Below the pieces are notes generated by a model that made no database searches, was not told the origin of the DNA, and worked only from the letters and a program-made list of their open reading frames with translations. From NCBI GenBank assembly GCA_965644295.1, contig CBFFRP010000432.1, positions 186,001-250,000 of the forward strand: DNA of 64,000 nucleotides, in the 5' to 3' direction. This document shows positions 25,381-39,173 of the stretch, piece by piece (the stretch's first letter is position 1; each line of letters starts with the position of its first letter). Both the position numbers and the translations under genes were made by a program. Source of the stretch: Paraphysomonas bandaiensis (lineage: Eukaryota > Protista > Chrysophyceae).

Positions 25381-26664
25381 GAAGGAATTTGAGAGAGCGA
25401 ATACACTGTGAATCGTGCCATTATTAACTGTGAGTTCGTATAGCAAGCTTCATCACTATGCGGGAGAGCTATTGTGAAGGTTTATGCCTCATTATCGACA
25501 AAATGAGCGTGACAAGTGGGTTCCCGTGACCTGTAGAAAAGCGGAGAGTGTATGTCTCGAGGTTATTGAAGATGACGCAAGCAAGCAGAATGCCTATTAG
25601 TATTGGAGGGGAGAAAAGCATTTGAAATGCGCAGTGAAAGTTCAGTCCGAGTACGTCGTTGATTCATGTGCTGATTTACAGCATGAAACCGTGTTTGAAA
25701 TGGAAAAAGAAGACCATTCAGGTGAGGTAGTGGATATGCTCGACTTACTGAGCAATGCTCTCAGTCGTGGTAGAAAGAGAAATAATGTATCAGAAATGGC
25801 TTTAAGCTCCAGAGACTCCCGGCTAGTGTCAGGTAATAAGTATTGGTACTAGAGACTAGAGTAGTAGAGTGTGTAGCTGGAGTACTATTGGGCTGTTGAG
25901 TAATAATCAGTTCATTCATTGGGGTACAGTTATTGCTTTTCTGTTACATGCGCAAGCAATAATGAGAACTAGATGGTGTACTGTAATGAACTATAAGATT
26001 AGGTGAAATTTAGCATATATCAAGATTTGTCGTTAATTTGCAGCAAACGCATGCATGTGTATGTCTAATAATATATTTTTCCTTGTCACTTTCCAAGTAC
26101 TTTTGCACAAGTCTTCATTTGTGTTGATAATTCATGCACTTTTCAGATCCGCTAAAACAATATTAAATGCACGTTCCTGTACTTAAATTGTTATAATCTA
26201 GCGGATTGGTTTTGTATATATATGCCCTTGTTGAATTTAAGGCATTGCTATCAGGGCCGGGTAATCATTAATGGGTGCCCTGTTCCCGGTAACTGTAATG
26301 TCCCAGCAAATTGCAATCAATAAATTTTGATTGAATTGAATACGGTCGGCTGTAATTTGTTCATTTGTAAACCATATCAATACAGCTAGTTGCAATGAGT
26401 GATGAGATATGTATTGGAATTGAAGGTTTAGTTGAGATCAAAATGACAAACTCGGATATGGGTTACTGTGGTAATATGTAATATATAGCAAATAGTATCA
26501 CACATACAGAGTGTAATGTTTACTTTTCGCTTTGAATGTAAGATATATATTATATCACACTATATTATACCACCCACTATATAAAACTGTAAGGAACAGA
26601 ACAGTAGTCATAACGGTCACAGTGTATTTCCCAGCAAACATGATGCGAGACAAGGTCTTCTAGT

Positions 26665-29281
26665 TTATGAGCATTCAGCGGCTGCTGCTTCCGTAACGCT
26701 TTCCGCAACAGGAGGGTATGAGTTGCTTTTATGTTTGGGAACAAACTCAAATCCCTAATACATACCAAAGTCACACCAGAGATGAGAAAATAGAGCATTA
26801 GAGGGGTGGGATCAAATGATTGTCGATGATTATAAGCACTGCATGAAACCGTTTCTGATATTAAAGAATACTTACATCCGGCAATGGGCCGAGGAGGATT
26901 TTGCTAATCTCAATCCAGTCCTTGGAATTGGGGCTGCTGAGAAGGGTCTCCAGATCTCCTCTTCCATGCTAAATACAATAAAATAAGTGGTGATATCTCT
27001 AATTCGCCAACTGTATGCATCATAACATGCATCACTCAGTATCACCAAACGTACGTAAGAAGGGGGTTTCTGAGATATGCGTTGAGGGAGTCTAGCGGTG
27101 TCTATGAGCCCGACAGGTACATATCTGTGAGTGAATGAGAGCCATTCCAGCAGAAACCTTCTCGTCGTATTGACCCCTTGTTGATCTGACCCCCAGTGTT
27201 CAAGGCCATACCACACAAAGCGTTTGTACATATCAAACCTCTCAGACGCAGATATGTCCCAATGACGCTCATCTTTAATTTCAGTGGGCAGCCACGGCTT
27301 GATGATGGCACCTCGCCCTGCAACCATGATACAGTTATTAAAGCAATTGGACAAATACACACAAAAATTAAATGTTAGAAACTGCACTCTACAAATTCTC
27401 ACCAATCATGGCGCAATTAGAAAGTCCAACCTCATCCCCCGTCATATTACTCTGCAACTGGTGCTGGTGGGACTTCCAGTCTTCGTATGAGAAAATATCA
27501 CCGTTTCCTGAAGTAAAATGTAGTATAAGTATTACAGTATAGCACACTGCCAGGTTCACCTATGATTGGAATAGGGGCGAGAGTGGGATCCTGTGATCTC
27601 GCAGCAGTGAGGATATAGTCCCAATTCGCTGGACCGGTGTACCGCTGCAATCTACTGCGGCCATGCATCTGCGGTACATACATCATGAGCAAACGGTATG
27701 CAATGTATTAGAATGCCGTATATCAGATGTGATTGCCATAGTCAAGTCGCTTTCAATACAATCAACTCACCATTATGGCTGCAATTTTTCCCTTCGAGGA
27801 TTTCTGAAGCTCGGGAATAAGCTTGTGACCTGTTGGGTTCTTTTCATCCCATCCGGTACGAATCTTCACAGTCACAGCTCGAGTGAGGTGCTTTGTCAGT
27901 GAAGACACGATTTCGCAGAGCTTTTTTGGTCTATTCATGAGTGCAGAGCCTGCACCACGGTTGCATATAACATCAATGGGGCACCCGCAGTTCAAGTCAA
28001 TAAAGTCCGAGACGGTTTCATGTTCAAGAATCTGAGCAAGAATGGAAGGAGAAGTAATAAGATGAAGTCGAAAAATAATACATCATCACTGAAAACCAAC
28101 ACTAACATATACAGGATATCACACACCTTTGCAAATCTTGCCATATTGTCTGTGTGACCACCAGCTATCTGAATTCCGAACTCCTTTTCACTCTCATGTT
28201 TACGTAACAAAGCCCACTCCGACGACTGTTCGACAGAAAAAAAAATAAGACAACTATGCAAAGCAATATGATTGGTACACTGAACTATGTGATCACCATA
28301 TCACACAGTTTCGTAACAGTGAATAGGTGGTGCACGCAGGTGATACCTGTCCCATTTGAAGGTTGTGCACCATGGCCATCTGCAGGGGTTAAGTTAGTGA
28401 TCGTCAAAATGATGAGCAACGTAAAAGACAACCGGGTGATACAGTGTAATAAGTAACACACCTCTCCACAAGTAATATCAGCTCCAAAGTCTTTAAGAAT
28501 GCGCCGAAAAGGTAGGTTTCCGATAGTTGTCAACGGAGCCACATAAACCTTGTTCGAGAAATCGATAAGTTTTACAGGGTCTGCAGAGGGATATGGCGAC
28601 GAATCAAAAGAAGAGGCTATCGAAGGAAGAGACGAATTTGTATTTGCAGGATATTCTGAAGATGGATTCTCAGAAGGAGCCGATTCAAGTGAGGTGCCAT
28701 TGCTCTCCGGGTGCTGGATATCACCACCTGTTCTCTCACTCGGTGGTACGTACGACTTCTTCCGCAGCATATTCTGAAGCTCCTTACTGAGCACATTAAA
28801 TGAAACACGCTCCACAACTCCTCCTTCCTCAACAGGTCGCGTTAAATTCTTCCCAGTCTGCTTATCGATGTGACTGCTTCCAAACCTGCACATAAGTCCT
28901 GATCGACAGTACCCATAAGCTTCATACTCATGACAGACCGGTCCGATGTCTTCCGGCTTATTCTCAAGATACTTTATCACATCATGACTACAATTGATTG
29001 TTAGACAGCTCGTTGGATGAAGAGATACATCGATTGTACCTGTATTTACAGGAGTCTCCGAAAGGACAATCCAGTCCCTGAGCGGTCTTTGTACACACCC
29101 TTTCCTCTGGAGCCACCCTGTTATCTCTTGGTCTCTTCTTACCAGATCGTTTAGATGAATTTGAATCCCCTGTAGTGGATCCAGTAGCTGGGGGTGGTCC
29201 TGTAGTGTCAGGGGTGATGTACTGGGCCATAACACCCACAAAATAATCATTAAGAGGGCACTCCGCTCCTGTTGACTCCAT
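26665..29281 (-). CDS. DUS3: tRNA-dihydrouridine(47) synthase, multi-exon
   Basis: CCCH fingers (CPFGDSCKY; [13 protein letters not shown]), [58 protein letters not shown] and [10 protein letters not shown]. Confidence 0.95.
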
Positions 29282-29681
29282 AGTATACTTCACAACCAAT
29301 CTTATCCTTTCGAAATGGTGTTCTTGATCAATGATTCGCTCTTACACAAGAACTTCGTCTTCTTTGTATGCTTCAGGCACTTCATATACTCAGTCACTCC
29401 ATCGATCTTGTCCATGGACAGAGTACAGTGTAGTACGATGTATATACACAACTTTGAGTGGTGGGCTGAGATTTCAAAACATATGAAAAGTGCTGTATAC
29501 AGACTTCCATACATAGAGGAGACTACAATACGTATAAGATCCTCACTTATAGAATACAGTCTATGTACATCTCCACACATGACGCATATCTCCATACATA
29601 CATACATACATACATACACGCAGAGAGGTGCTTCATTAATCATTATATTCAGTATCTACTTAGCTCGTACATAACACTGAT

Positions 29682-30109
29682 ATGGGACGAAGAAAGAAGG
29701 CTGCCAAGAAGGCAGTTAAAAAGAAAAGGTATCACCATTACAGTCTCTTATGATGATCACATGAGGCTTATATATATACACACACAGACCAACAGTGCCT
29801 AAAACTTTCAAATGCTGTCGTTGTAATCATGAAGATGCTGTCGAATGTATCATTGATGTAAAGTGTAAAGTTGCGAACTTAAACTGTCGACTGTGCGGTG
29901 CGAACTATGAGTCAACTAGAGTGTCATGTAAGTCCTTAGGGTTCTCATGACTGATCTTATTACATCTCTACTGCAGATTTAACTGACCCGATCGATGTAT
30001 TTTGCGAGTAAGTCTTTTAATTATATCTGTATTATAATTTACGGTATGTTTTTGTAGATGGATAGACTCATTGGAGGATGAGGAGCTGCGAGCTAGGGCC
30101 CAACATTAG
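29682..30109 (+). CDS. ELOF1: Transcription elongation factor Elf1/ELOF1, 4 exons
   Basis: MGRRKKAAKKAVKKK|RPTVPKTFKCCRCNHE...CRLCGANY...LTDPIDVFCE|WIDSLE; missed by the ORF track because of introns. Confidence 0.92.
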
Positions 30110-31272
30110 CTGACCTGAAATAGTTGTAGTTAATTTACTTTAGGGTTGGGCTTTAAATTTCTCACCTAGGAAGCGCTTTCAAGTATATACTATAGTGTTA
30201 TTAATATCTCGTGAAATTAGTACAAGTTCTCGACGTAACTAGCCTACTATAATGTAGGAGTATCGCTGTCTTGTGTCCACATTCCACTTTGCATTGTCAG
30301 TCACAAAAAAGATGCTACAGCGACCAGATAGAACTCTGCACTACTATAGTGGATAATGGATCAACTATAAAGCGCCTCTTAATTTTAGAATATATGCTGT
30401 AAGACTTAGTCGATTATTTAAGGTTATATTTCGACGCATTATTCTGTGTCTCCGTATCATTCGAGCACGTAAGGATCACCAGTTGAAAGGAATGCCATCT
30501 GTTACTAGCTACATTTCATTTTCACATCTACTTAAGAACAACTGTATACTTTTTGGTAGCAGGGGCTGGACCCTGGTAGCCATTAGTCATTGATGGTATT
30601 ATGGTAACGCCACTATCAATGCGGGGAAGTATTTTACTATTATCCCCATTTTGTCTCAAAAAAAAGCATTCAACTTCAATATTGGGTTCAACAGAAGCTC
30701 ACTTCTATCCTAAGTATGATAATGACAGTCGTATATATGTGATTTCATTATAGTACACACAATTATAGAGAAACCACAATCATGAGTTAAACCATTAGAC
30801 ACAAGTTATATTCCATCCTTCGACTGCTGTCAGTGCAAGTGATCTGTCTTCATATCCAGGACTTCGAAACAACTTCAAGAACATTACAGGAGACCATATC
30901 TGATGCTACTATATAGGTGGTTAGGAGCAGTGGCACCCAGTTCTTTCAGGGTTTGAGCCATATCGTGCTTCTCATGATATTGTGTGCCTCATATCATACA
31001 CACATCATTCGATCAGATGCACTTGAAAAGGTAAAGCCTGCTGTATATAAATGTGATGATGATGCTAATTAAGGGAATAAGAAGCCTCTCTTTCACCTTC
31101 AACTGTTCACATTCATCATCACACTTACAGTATACATATCATTGATTTGAAACTATATGAGTTCTCATTTGTGTTCTTAATGTTAATCAGGGAACATCTA
31201 TTTCTTTATACAGCAAGCATGCTACAAATAGCTATACAATGTAATATTAACTTTTCAACGTCATGAGGATAA

Positions 31273-31404
31273 GCTACAATTTAACCTAGGGATAAGGAGT
31301 ATCGTCCCTTGTCAAAATTTTAAAACTCCGGCTTTTCGCCCTCGTTTCAAAATTTTGAGCGCGGGACGATGTAGCCTCCTTATTGCCCGTGGTTAAATAT
31401 AACT
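31273..31404. mobile_element. Short MITE-like inverted-repeat element
   Basis: Imperfect inverted arms AGCTACAATTTAACCTAGGGATAAGGAG...ATCGTCCC..TCAAAATTTT versus AAAATTTTGAGCGCGGGACGAT...CTCCTTATTGCCCGTGGTTAAATATAACT. The left arm also occurs at ~15813-15840. Confidence 0.5.
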
Positions 31405-31959
31405 ATATCCCCATTCTGTCTCAAAAAAAGCTTTTTTCTGACCTGATATTGAGAAACTGAAATATTTTGATCTTTCAAGCGAGAGGTTCCATATGTAGGA
31501 CATTATGCGTCGAACAAAATGAGATTGTGTTGTTTGTCACAACTTCGTGTAAACAATATTAATTAATCTATTTAGTCTAACGACAAATTCTCTCTGAGAT
31601 CTAGTTAAGAATGAGCAATTTCCAACAGCCACTTGAAGTGCCTCATTCGTGGTGTTTGCAAGTAAAGTTTTCACTGTTTTATGTATGACATATATATATG
31701 ACTGGGTTAACTACAATGCTTGGGAGAAAATTACCACATTTGAATAGCTGAAATTATATACAGTGATGACAACCAGGTCACATCCAATCGCTAAACTTCA
31801 AAAAGATGTCATGTATAATTCATATTGTAAACGACAATGTAATACACTCGACAAAAAACAGAAAAGCGGCTGTCTACAGCATAAAGTACTGCAACTATAT
31901 CTTCTTAAAAGTTCCGACTGTAATATAGTGCAATATAACCTCTAAATATAAAATTCCAA

Positions 31960-34900
31960 CTACTCCCAGTCGCTAGGGTCTGTATCTTGTAAATACAAAT
32001 CTTCACCATGTCCCCGTGGAACGGCCATCAAAAAATATCGATCACGAAATTGTTTGCGGATAGCGGGATTGACCTTGCAACCGGTTTCTGGTGAACTACA
32101 GTATGTAACGATTACCTGTCCTTTACGAGGGACCCCATCCCATGACTTAGCTTTGTCGGGATCGATAGTCCAACTAGTAGGCAAATCCCACCCCGCTATA
32201 AACATATCCACTAGACTTCGGCGGTACCTAGGGTACAAAAAATTCTCTCCTGGCTCAACAGCCGCGAACTTTCCTAGCATTATGGCAATATTTCTGCTAT
32301 CATCATAACTCAAGTTGATGATGAACAGTTTGTCAATATCCCACACATTAATCGCATTTTGCCACCCGACACGGTCGTACACTGCTGCATGGTTCGTTTG
32401 CGGCAGTGTCTTCATAACAGTTTCCATATTTTCAATGTCAACAATACGGCTAAATACACACAGTATAGCACTTTCTCTGTGAGGTTGAGCATCATACCCG
32501 AACTGAGGAAATTCCGCAACAATGCGTGCAGCCTGTTTTGCAGTAATCCATAGAGATCCAATTAATGTTCGGAGCTGCAAAAACTTGAAACCCCAAAAAT
32601 CGTATGGAAATGTATTGAGATCAACCTTCGGATTACCACGATCTGAGGAATTCCTCATCCTCCATCGCCATAATGTGTTGATAACAGCGGTAGCATCATC
32701 TGGTGTGGATCCTTTGCCACTATTGATATATGACTTCACAAGGAAATTGGGGTCTTGTGGAATTCCTTCGACACACACATCTACTTGCTGAAGCACAACA
32801 TGTGAGTTAACGCTACCAGCAAATTTATATGATAAAAATTCTGCACTTTTGGTGTCGGTTGTCCTGTGGTTTACCATGCGAACAGTGTTAGCATAGACTC
32901 CGAGTGGCCCAAAGAGCTTCGAGCAAACATCTCTACTTCTATTTGCGACACCTTCCTTCGACCAGTCCGAACATTTAAGGCGCACTATAACTTCTGACCC
33001 TATCATGTAAATGTCGTCGTTTATCACATACCTCTTGTGTGTTGGGTTAAGAGATGAAGGATTGGGATGTTGAAGTGTACCTATAGTAAATTGTGAAGCT
33101 GTCTCTCCGGTAAGGTTCAGAATCTCATTGATTGTGGCTGGTTTCGTAGGCCGGTCGGAGTCATCCGGTTTTCCCTGTCCGAAGAGTTCGTAGGCGCCCC
33201 CGTCATTCTTTCGTATACAAGAAATTGTCTCGAGAAGATGATCCTGATTGTTGCTGAGAATACGGATGCATAAGTACACAATAAATCGATCGGGAACAGC
33301 TTCCATGAAGTACATTGCTGTGTCGCTGTTAACGTCACTTGTGATGGTATTTACATCGTCATCTTTTAGGGACAGGTAGAAGTCACTATACTCCGTCATT
33401 AACTGGTTTCGAATATCTTCTGTCTGGCAAGGGAGTACACTGGGTACAAATCGCACTTCATTTCGCACAATAAAATGTCCCAATATCTTTGATGGGTCTG
33501 GACCATTAGTTTTCTCAGGAATCACACCACAGTCCACCTCTGTGGTAAGAGCCGGCATCGAATGCGAAGGCCCTCCGAGCTCCTTTTTATTTTCTACCAC
33601 AGCTGGCTCTAATGTAAAGGGATTGTCACGATTGTGATCATCAAAATCACCAAACGAGGGTACCACATGCCTCGTTTTCCTCCTGCCTCGACGAATACTC
33701 TGAATTGGAGCTGAGGCGGCGTTATAAAGCCCACGAAGCACCAACAAATGCATTAGATGGTCATCGTTAATGGCAAAGCAGTCCTCGGCTGGCCTCGCAA
33801 TAGACACAAAGTCAAACTCAAAAACGCCATGGGTTTTATCTTCCAACCCCCTGCTAAAAAACTCATCACTGCAGCCCCTCTCAATCACCATACGGCGATA
33901 TCTCTCATTTCTAAAATTGGTTCTGTTTTGTTTCTGAGCGGTGTATCCATTGTTTGGTGTGTTCCACGAAGGCATTGCACGACGTATATAGGCGTTCTCA
34001 TCAGCACTAATTTCCATTAACCTGACACCAGCCAGTCGATCTAAAGGATTATCCAGATCTAATGAATAATGACCACTGAATGCATTAACACTGATATAAA
34101 ACATACTCCTCATAACTTGGTGAATATCTTTCAGTGCGACGAGCATATTCAAATGATTCGAGAACAAAACGGAAGTATTAGACGTATCGCGAACACAAAG
34201 TAAAAGATAGGCCATAATCTCGAGTTTATCTTTTGCCTTCGAGGTGTCTCCCATAGCATTAATGATTTCATTAACTTGATGGCTTTCGAGTACCAAATTC
34301 CTGCACAATTTCAATATATTCATACATTCCTTGGGATGGTCTACAAGCATCTTAATGAGGCGTTTAAGGCCAGTAGCATTTAAACAGTCTATAGGGGTGG
34401 CACATCGTGGGGCATAGGAAAAGTCCACAGTCAGTTTTCCAGCATTGGGTATATCCCATTTTTGATTGGTACCGCAGTCATGAAGAAATAACTCTTCTTC
34501 TACAGCCATCCATTCCTCGGCCTCCATGAAGGTGTACTTGTGGGGTTCCCTTCTCTCGGCTTTCCTCCACGAACCATACGGTTGTCCCCTATGCACCGCG
34601 GGATTATTCGGACGATAAAGTTTAATATTAAACTTCTTCGAGTTAAAGGTTTGTCTGTTTTCATAACCTATCTGTGGAGCGTTTTGGTACTCGATACTCT
34701 TGAAACTATACCCTCGTCGAACAGATGCCAGACGATATAACTCAAGAGCTGTACATTTATCGCGCGGCCTAGCCAAATCCAGAGTGTACTTTCCATTCGG
34801 GTAGGTCATGTTCGGTCGAGATGACATTCCCATACTCACGGACTCTTCACCGAAAGTGCATTCCTTCAAAATAATTTCTCGCTCAATTGAGTGATAGTTC

Positions 34901-37403
34901 AATGTCTGAAGGAGTGCCACTCCACCTACATGCCCAAGTGGATTTCCGCTCATATTTAGTACTTTTAAGCACGACCCCAGCCGTAATCCCGTGGCCACCA
35001 CAAATGCTCCTATGGTGCCAATGCCATTGTACGAAATATCTACAGATGTGAGTGCACTATTCGCCGATAGGGCACTTCCAATAGCTTCGGCCCCATCATC
35101 TTTAACATTATTATATGCCAAATTGAGCTCAAGCAGTGTGCTGTTATAGAATATTGCTTTACCAAGATGTACAGCAGTTGCAAGCCCAAGCTTATTCCAC
35201 GATAAGTTCAGAGACTGAAGTGTAGAGTTTGCACCAAGTGCATGGGCAACAGCCGCCCCACCAGATAGCCTACCACCTTGCTTAGTTTTGACACTCTTTT
35301 CGCCAATCCCCCCAAGCTTATTGTGACTCAAATCCATCTCAACTATTGACTGATTAACCTCAAGAGCATCCATAAAAATCGCCACCTCATCATCATCCAA
35401 GTCTGCGTTCGACATTTTGAGTACTTGAAGAGTGCAGTTTGATCGTTTTAAAAAATGTGTTAGTGCCTCTGCACTCTTGGAATCAATTTTATTCTCTGAT
35501 ATATCCACACTTGTTATCTGTTGCTGTGAAGCGAGTGTATGGATAAACTTTCCCATACCGCGGTCCGTCAAGCGGTTATCTCTGAGGTTTATTTTGCACA
35601 AGTTAGGGAGGTCTTGCACTACCGCCGATAAGTATATAATATAATCATCCCCAAGGGATCGATGTGCAAGATTAAGCTCGTCGTCATCAGGGGAGTGCCT
35701 GATAATAATAGGAAGCGGGGCAACTTTGCCATCCTTTATGATAAGCTTTAAGAAACGATGTCTGGGAGAAGTCAGTGGAATTCTCTTCGGCGACTCGTCC
35801 TCAAAAACTAATAAATTACAAATTAGCTTATGAAAATGAAAAATACAGTCTGTCAGACACGACACATATCATGGCATGGTGCACCCCACCCACCTAAATC
35901 ATCATCATCGTCGTCGTCATCGAAGTCAGTGTCCAAGCGAAGAAAAGCCCCTGCTCATAACGAGTGAATATCCAGTAAAAACATCACACTATACTTACTG
36001 GAAGAGGGCGAAGCGTTTAACTGTTGTAGCTGCGCCAACGCCATAATATTGGATCGCTGGTTTCCAGAAGAATGTGGCCTAGCACCACTGACGGGATTAC
36101 TGCGGGATGCAAGTGCACTGATTGGTCGTCTCCGTTGACCGGAAGCCGGTCTGCCAGATACAGGGCGACCAGACTGCAGTGGAGAAGATCCAGGACGGCT
36201 ATTCCCAGAGGAACCTATCCCTTTAAGAACTGGAGTATCACCCCCACCAGATTCGAACTTCTTGGACAGGCTGTATGCGACAGTGAGATATAAACCATCA
36301 TTATCGACATATATAGACGTACGTGTTGTACAGCATAAAAAACTTCGTTCTTGCTTTTTCTCCAAAATAGTTGTCGATTTTAGGATTTCCATCATATTCC
36401 GGCTCGTCAGGAATCGTTAAAGAAGTCTCAATTATAGAAGAACGACTGTCAAACTTAAACATCTCGTCCACGAATTTCAGACTATCGGATCTTTTCATGC
36501 TAGAACAAGTTGAAAACAGATCGCCGTCATCAGTAGTAGCAGCAGAGTCTGAACCACAGCTGACCGAATCCATACTACCAAAGTTCAAAGGGCCATAGAC
36601 CTCATCATCCTCTTCATCACTTTCCTGTGGAGTAATAACGTCGTCCATCAGAGTGGTAGCGCCATATCGGAACCTCGGGCAGTAGTTTCGTGGTTTAAAC
36701 GGACTAAACAATAAAAGAAAGATATATAATACACACACTTGGTAGAAGATGTATATTCACACCTCTGAACAGTATTACGACTGTTATAAGTTTTATCAAA
36801 TTTCATCAACTCGCTAAACTCCACCAGGCCAGGGAAGTGAATAGATTCACTTGTGTCAGACATCACATCATCGTCGCTTTCAAGTGTATCGTCGGGGTCC
36901 GCAGCAGCGATTCTTTGGCGCCCAGCTTGTCGTATCTCCTCTAAGCACTTCATCTGAGCCCTATGGCGTCCCCTTCTCTTCAAGGATTCCTCCTTTGCTT
37001 GAACATCATTACCAAACAATCCACGCTTTTTTTCAATTTTCTTCATGTAGTTTACAACCTCTGATGACTGAGTTTTGAGTGCTCTCTCCTTTTGCATTGA
37101 TTTATAAGATGCAATGTCCAGATTTCGAAGATTCCTTGATTTGGATTTTTGCCCACTTGTGTCACCTTTTCTAAAGTGGCTCGTATTGGCACGCTTTAAA
37201 CCTGGTCGAATCCTTTTCTCCGGTGTTGAGCCATCTTTCTTCGATGGGCTGCGGGGACTGACCTTTGAAGTCGTTTCTGGAGAAGGATTAGCAAAAAGAG
37301 TCGATTGTACACGTCGTAATGGTGGTTTTGTTCTTCTAGACTGGCATTCAAACTCTCCAGTATGAGCTCTGGCTTTGGTGTAATCCACTGTCCGTGTCTG
37401 CAT
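31960..37403 (-). CDS. Large RNI-like leucine-rich repeat protein, multi-exon
   Basis: Four co-oriented ORFs. The 1301-aa ORF has repeated LxLxxNxLG units (LNLSWNKLG, LNLAYNNVKDDGA, VDISYNGIG). Exon joins are approximate. Confidence 0.8.
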
Positions 37404-38037
37404 CCTTTACACCTCACCTCTTCTACAATACAATCGACTGATCCTCACTATCACTTACCAATATCATAACGTAACCAGTATACAGATAACTTCTACTGGT
37501 CAGTCTGTGATGGTATATCTTCATATGATGAGGTGTCATGTCTATATATGTATGTATGTATGTATGTATGTGCATGTATTCATATGTTAAGTTCTAGTAC
37601 ATAAACACAACTGCTATGAGAAGAATACAGTGTATAATAAAGAATACACAACACTTTCTGTACAAGTGTGTGTATAGAAAATATATAAGGATGGTAATAC
37701 AGTCTGTATTATGTGTATTCCGTTTCCGTTTCTGGTATGATATGGTGATGATGATGTCTGTAGAGATGGTATAGTGATGAAACTGCCGAAGGTTGTTATG
37801 AAGATTGCCGTATAAGAATACGGAGGATAGATATGGGCACTTCCGTATGGATATATACGTATGTGTGTATGTATGCATGTATGTATATATGTATGTATAG
37901 AGGGAGTGTAGTATATAGTTGTTAGCTGTGTATGTATATGTATATGTATATGTGTATGTATGTCATGGTATGGCTTCTATATCATACTTCCATACCATCA
38001 TAACCTAATCAACCTTCTGTAGCATCATATAAGTGTA

Positions 38038-39173
38038 ATGGAGGTGAGTCTATATCACTCTACATGTAGGAGCATAACCCATGCCCTCTCTCTCTCTATG
38101 TATATATATATCAGGGTCACGCTGAACTAATCGCTCTACAACGACTAGATGAAACATGCTCTCAACTTCAAAAACAGGTATCATATTAATGATTCATTTC
38201 AATTAATTGGCTTATAGTTTTATTCAGGGGAACTACTTGGAAGCATTGGAGTGTATGGAGAGAGGCCTCGTGCTCAGACAGCATTTCTTTGGAGCAGATA
38301 GCGAAGAAGTTTGGAATGCCTGTAAAACTGTGGGAGAAATGTGTAATCTTTTAGCGATGACATATTTACAACAAGAAGATTTTAATATGGTCTTGGAGCT
38401 CCTCAAGAAAGCTGAGATCCTTACAGAGCGAGATCCTCCAGGAAGGGCTGCAACATTTAACAATTTGGCATGTTATTACCGTCGTCAAGGGAAATTACAT
38501 GCTGCTCTTCAATACTTGCAAAAGGTAATATTAATGTCATTAAGTTTTTGTGTGTGACCTCGTGCATTATCAGGCACTGAAAATAGAGTCCAAGCTACCT
38601 AATGTACAGAATCCCGCAGACACGCATATCAATGCGTGCGCCGTGTTGTCTCAGCTTGGCAGACACCAGAGTGCTTTGGAACACGCACAAAATGCACTTA
38701 TCCTTCTTCAGGAGGAGTTGTTATCCCCTCCTGGAAGTGACTCTGCTGCTGCCCCACCTCAGGCAGACCGCATTGCGGTCTTGGCGATTGCTTACCACAA
38801 CATAGGTGTAGAGCAAGAATTCTTAAAAAGGTACGAACAGAGCATGCTGTCGTATCGGAAGGGTGTTGAAGTTGCAGAGAGATACTTAGGAGCGAAACAT
38901 GCCATTTGCATTACGCTCAGGAATTCTTTGTTGGCGGCGAAGAAGGCAGCCGCGAAGGAAGAAATGAAAGCTGGCGGGAAAACAACGGGAACACGAGGTG
39001 CTCATGGAGCTAAAGGTGCAACTGGTAGTGGCAGTAAAGCACTGGTAAAAAAATCTCGAGGAGATACTTCTGGATACTCTGCTACCGCTGAAGATAAACA
39101 CGAGGCGGATCGACTTGCAAGCACGATATCTTCAGACATGCCCCCCACCAGTCTTGAACCGGGACACAAGTAA
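38038..39173 (+). CDS. Kinesin-light-chain-like TPR protein, 4 exons (first coding exon 6 nt)
   Basis: ATG GAG|gtgag, then GHAELIALQRLD..., AATFNNLACYYRRQGK, ADTHINACAVLSQLGRH and AIAYHNIGVEQE (TPR units). Confidence 0.85.

Noticed and set aside
29302-29643. 113-aa ORF as the first exon of DUS3
   Set aside because: It spans the promoter microsatellite and has no DUS3-like motif; ATG 29281 leads directly into the conserved region.
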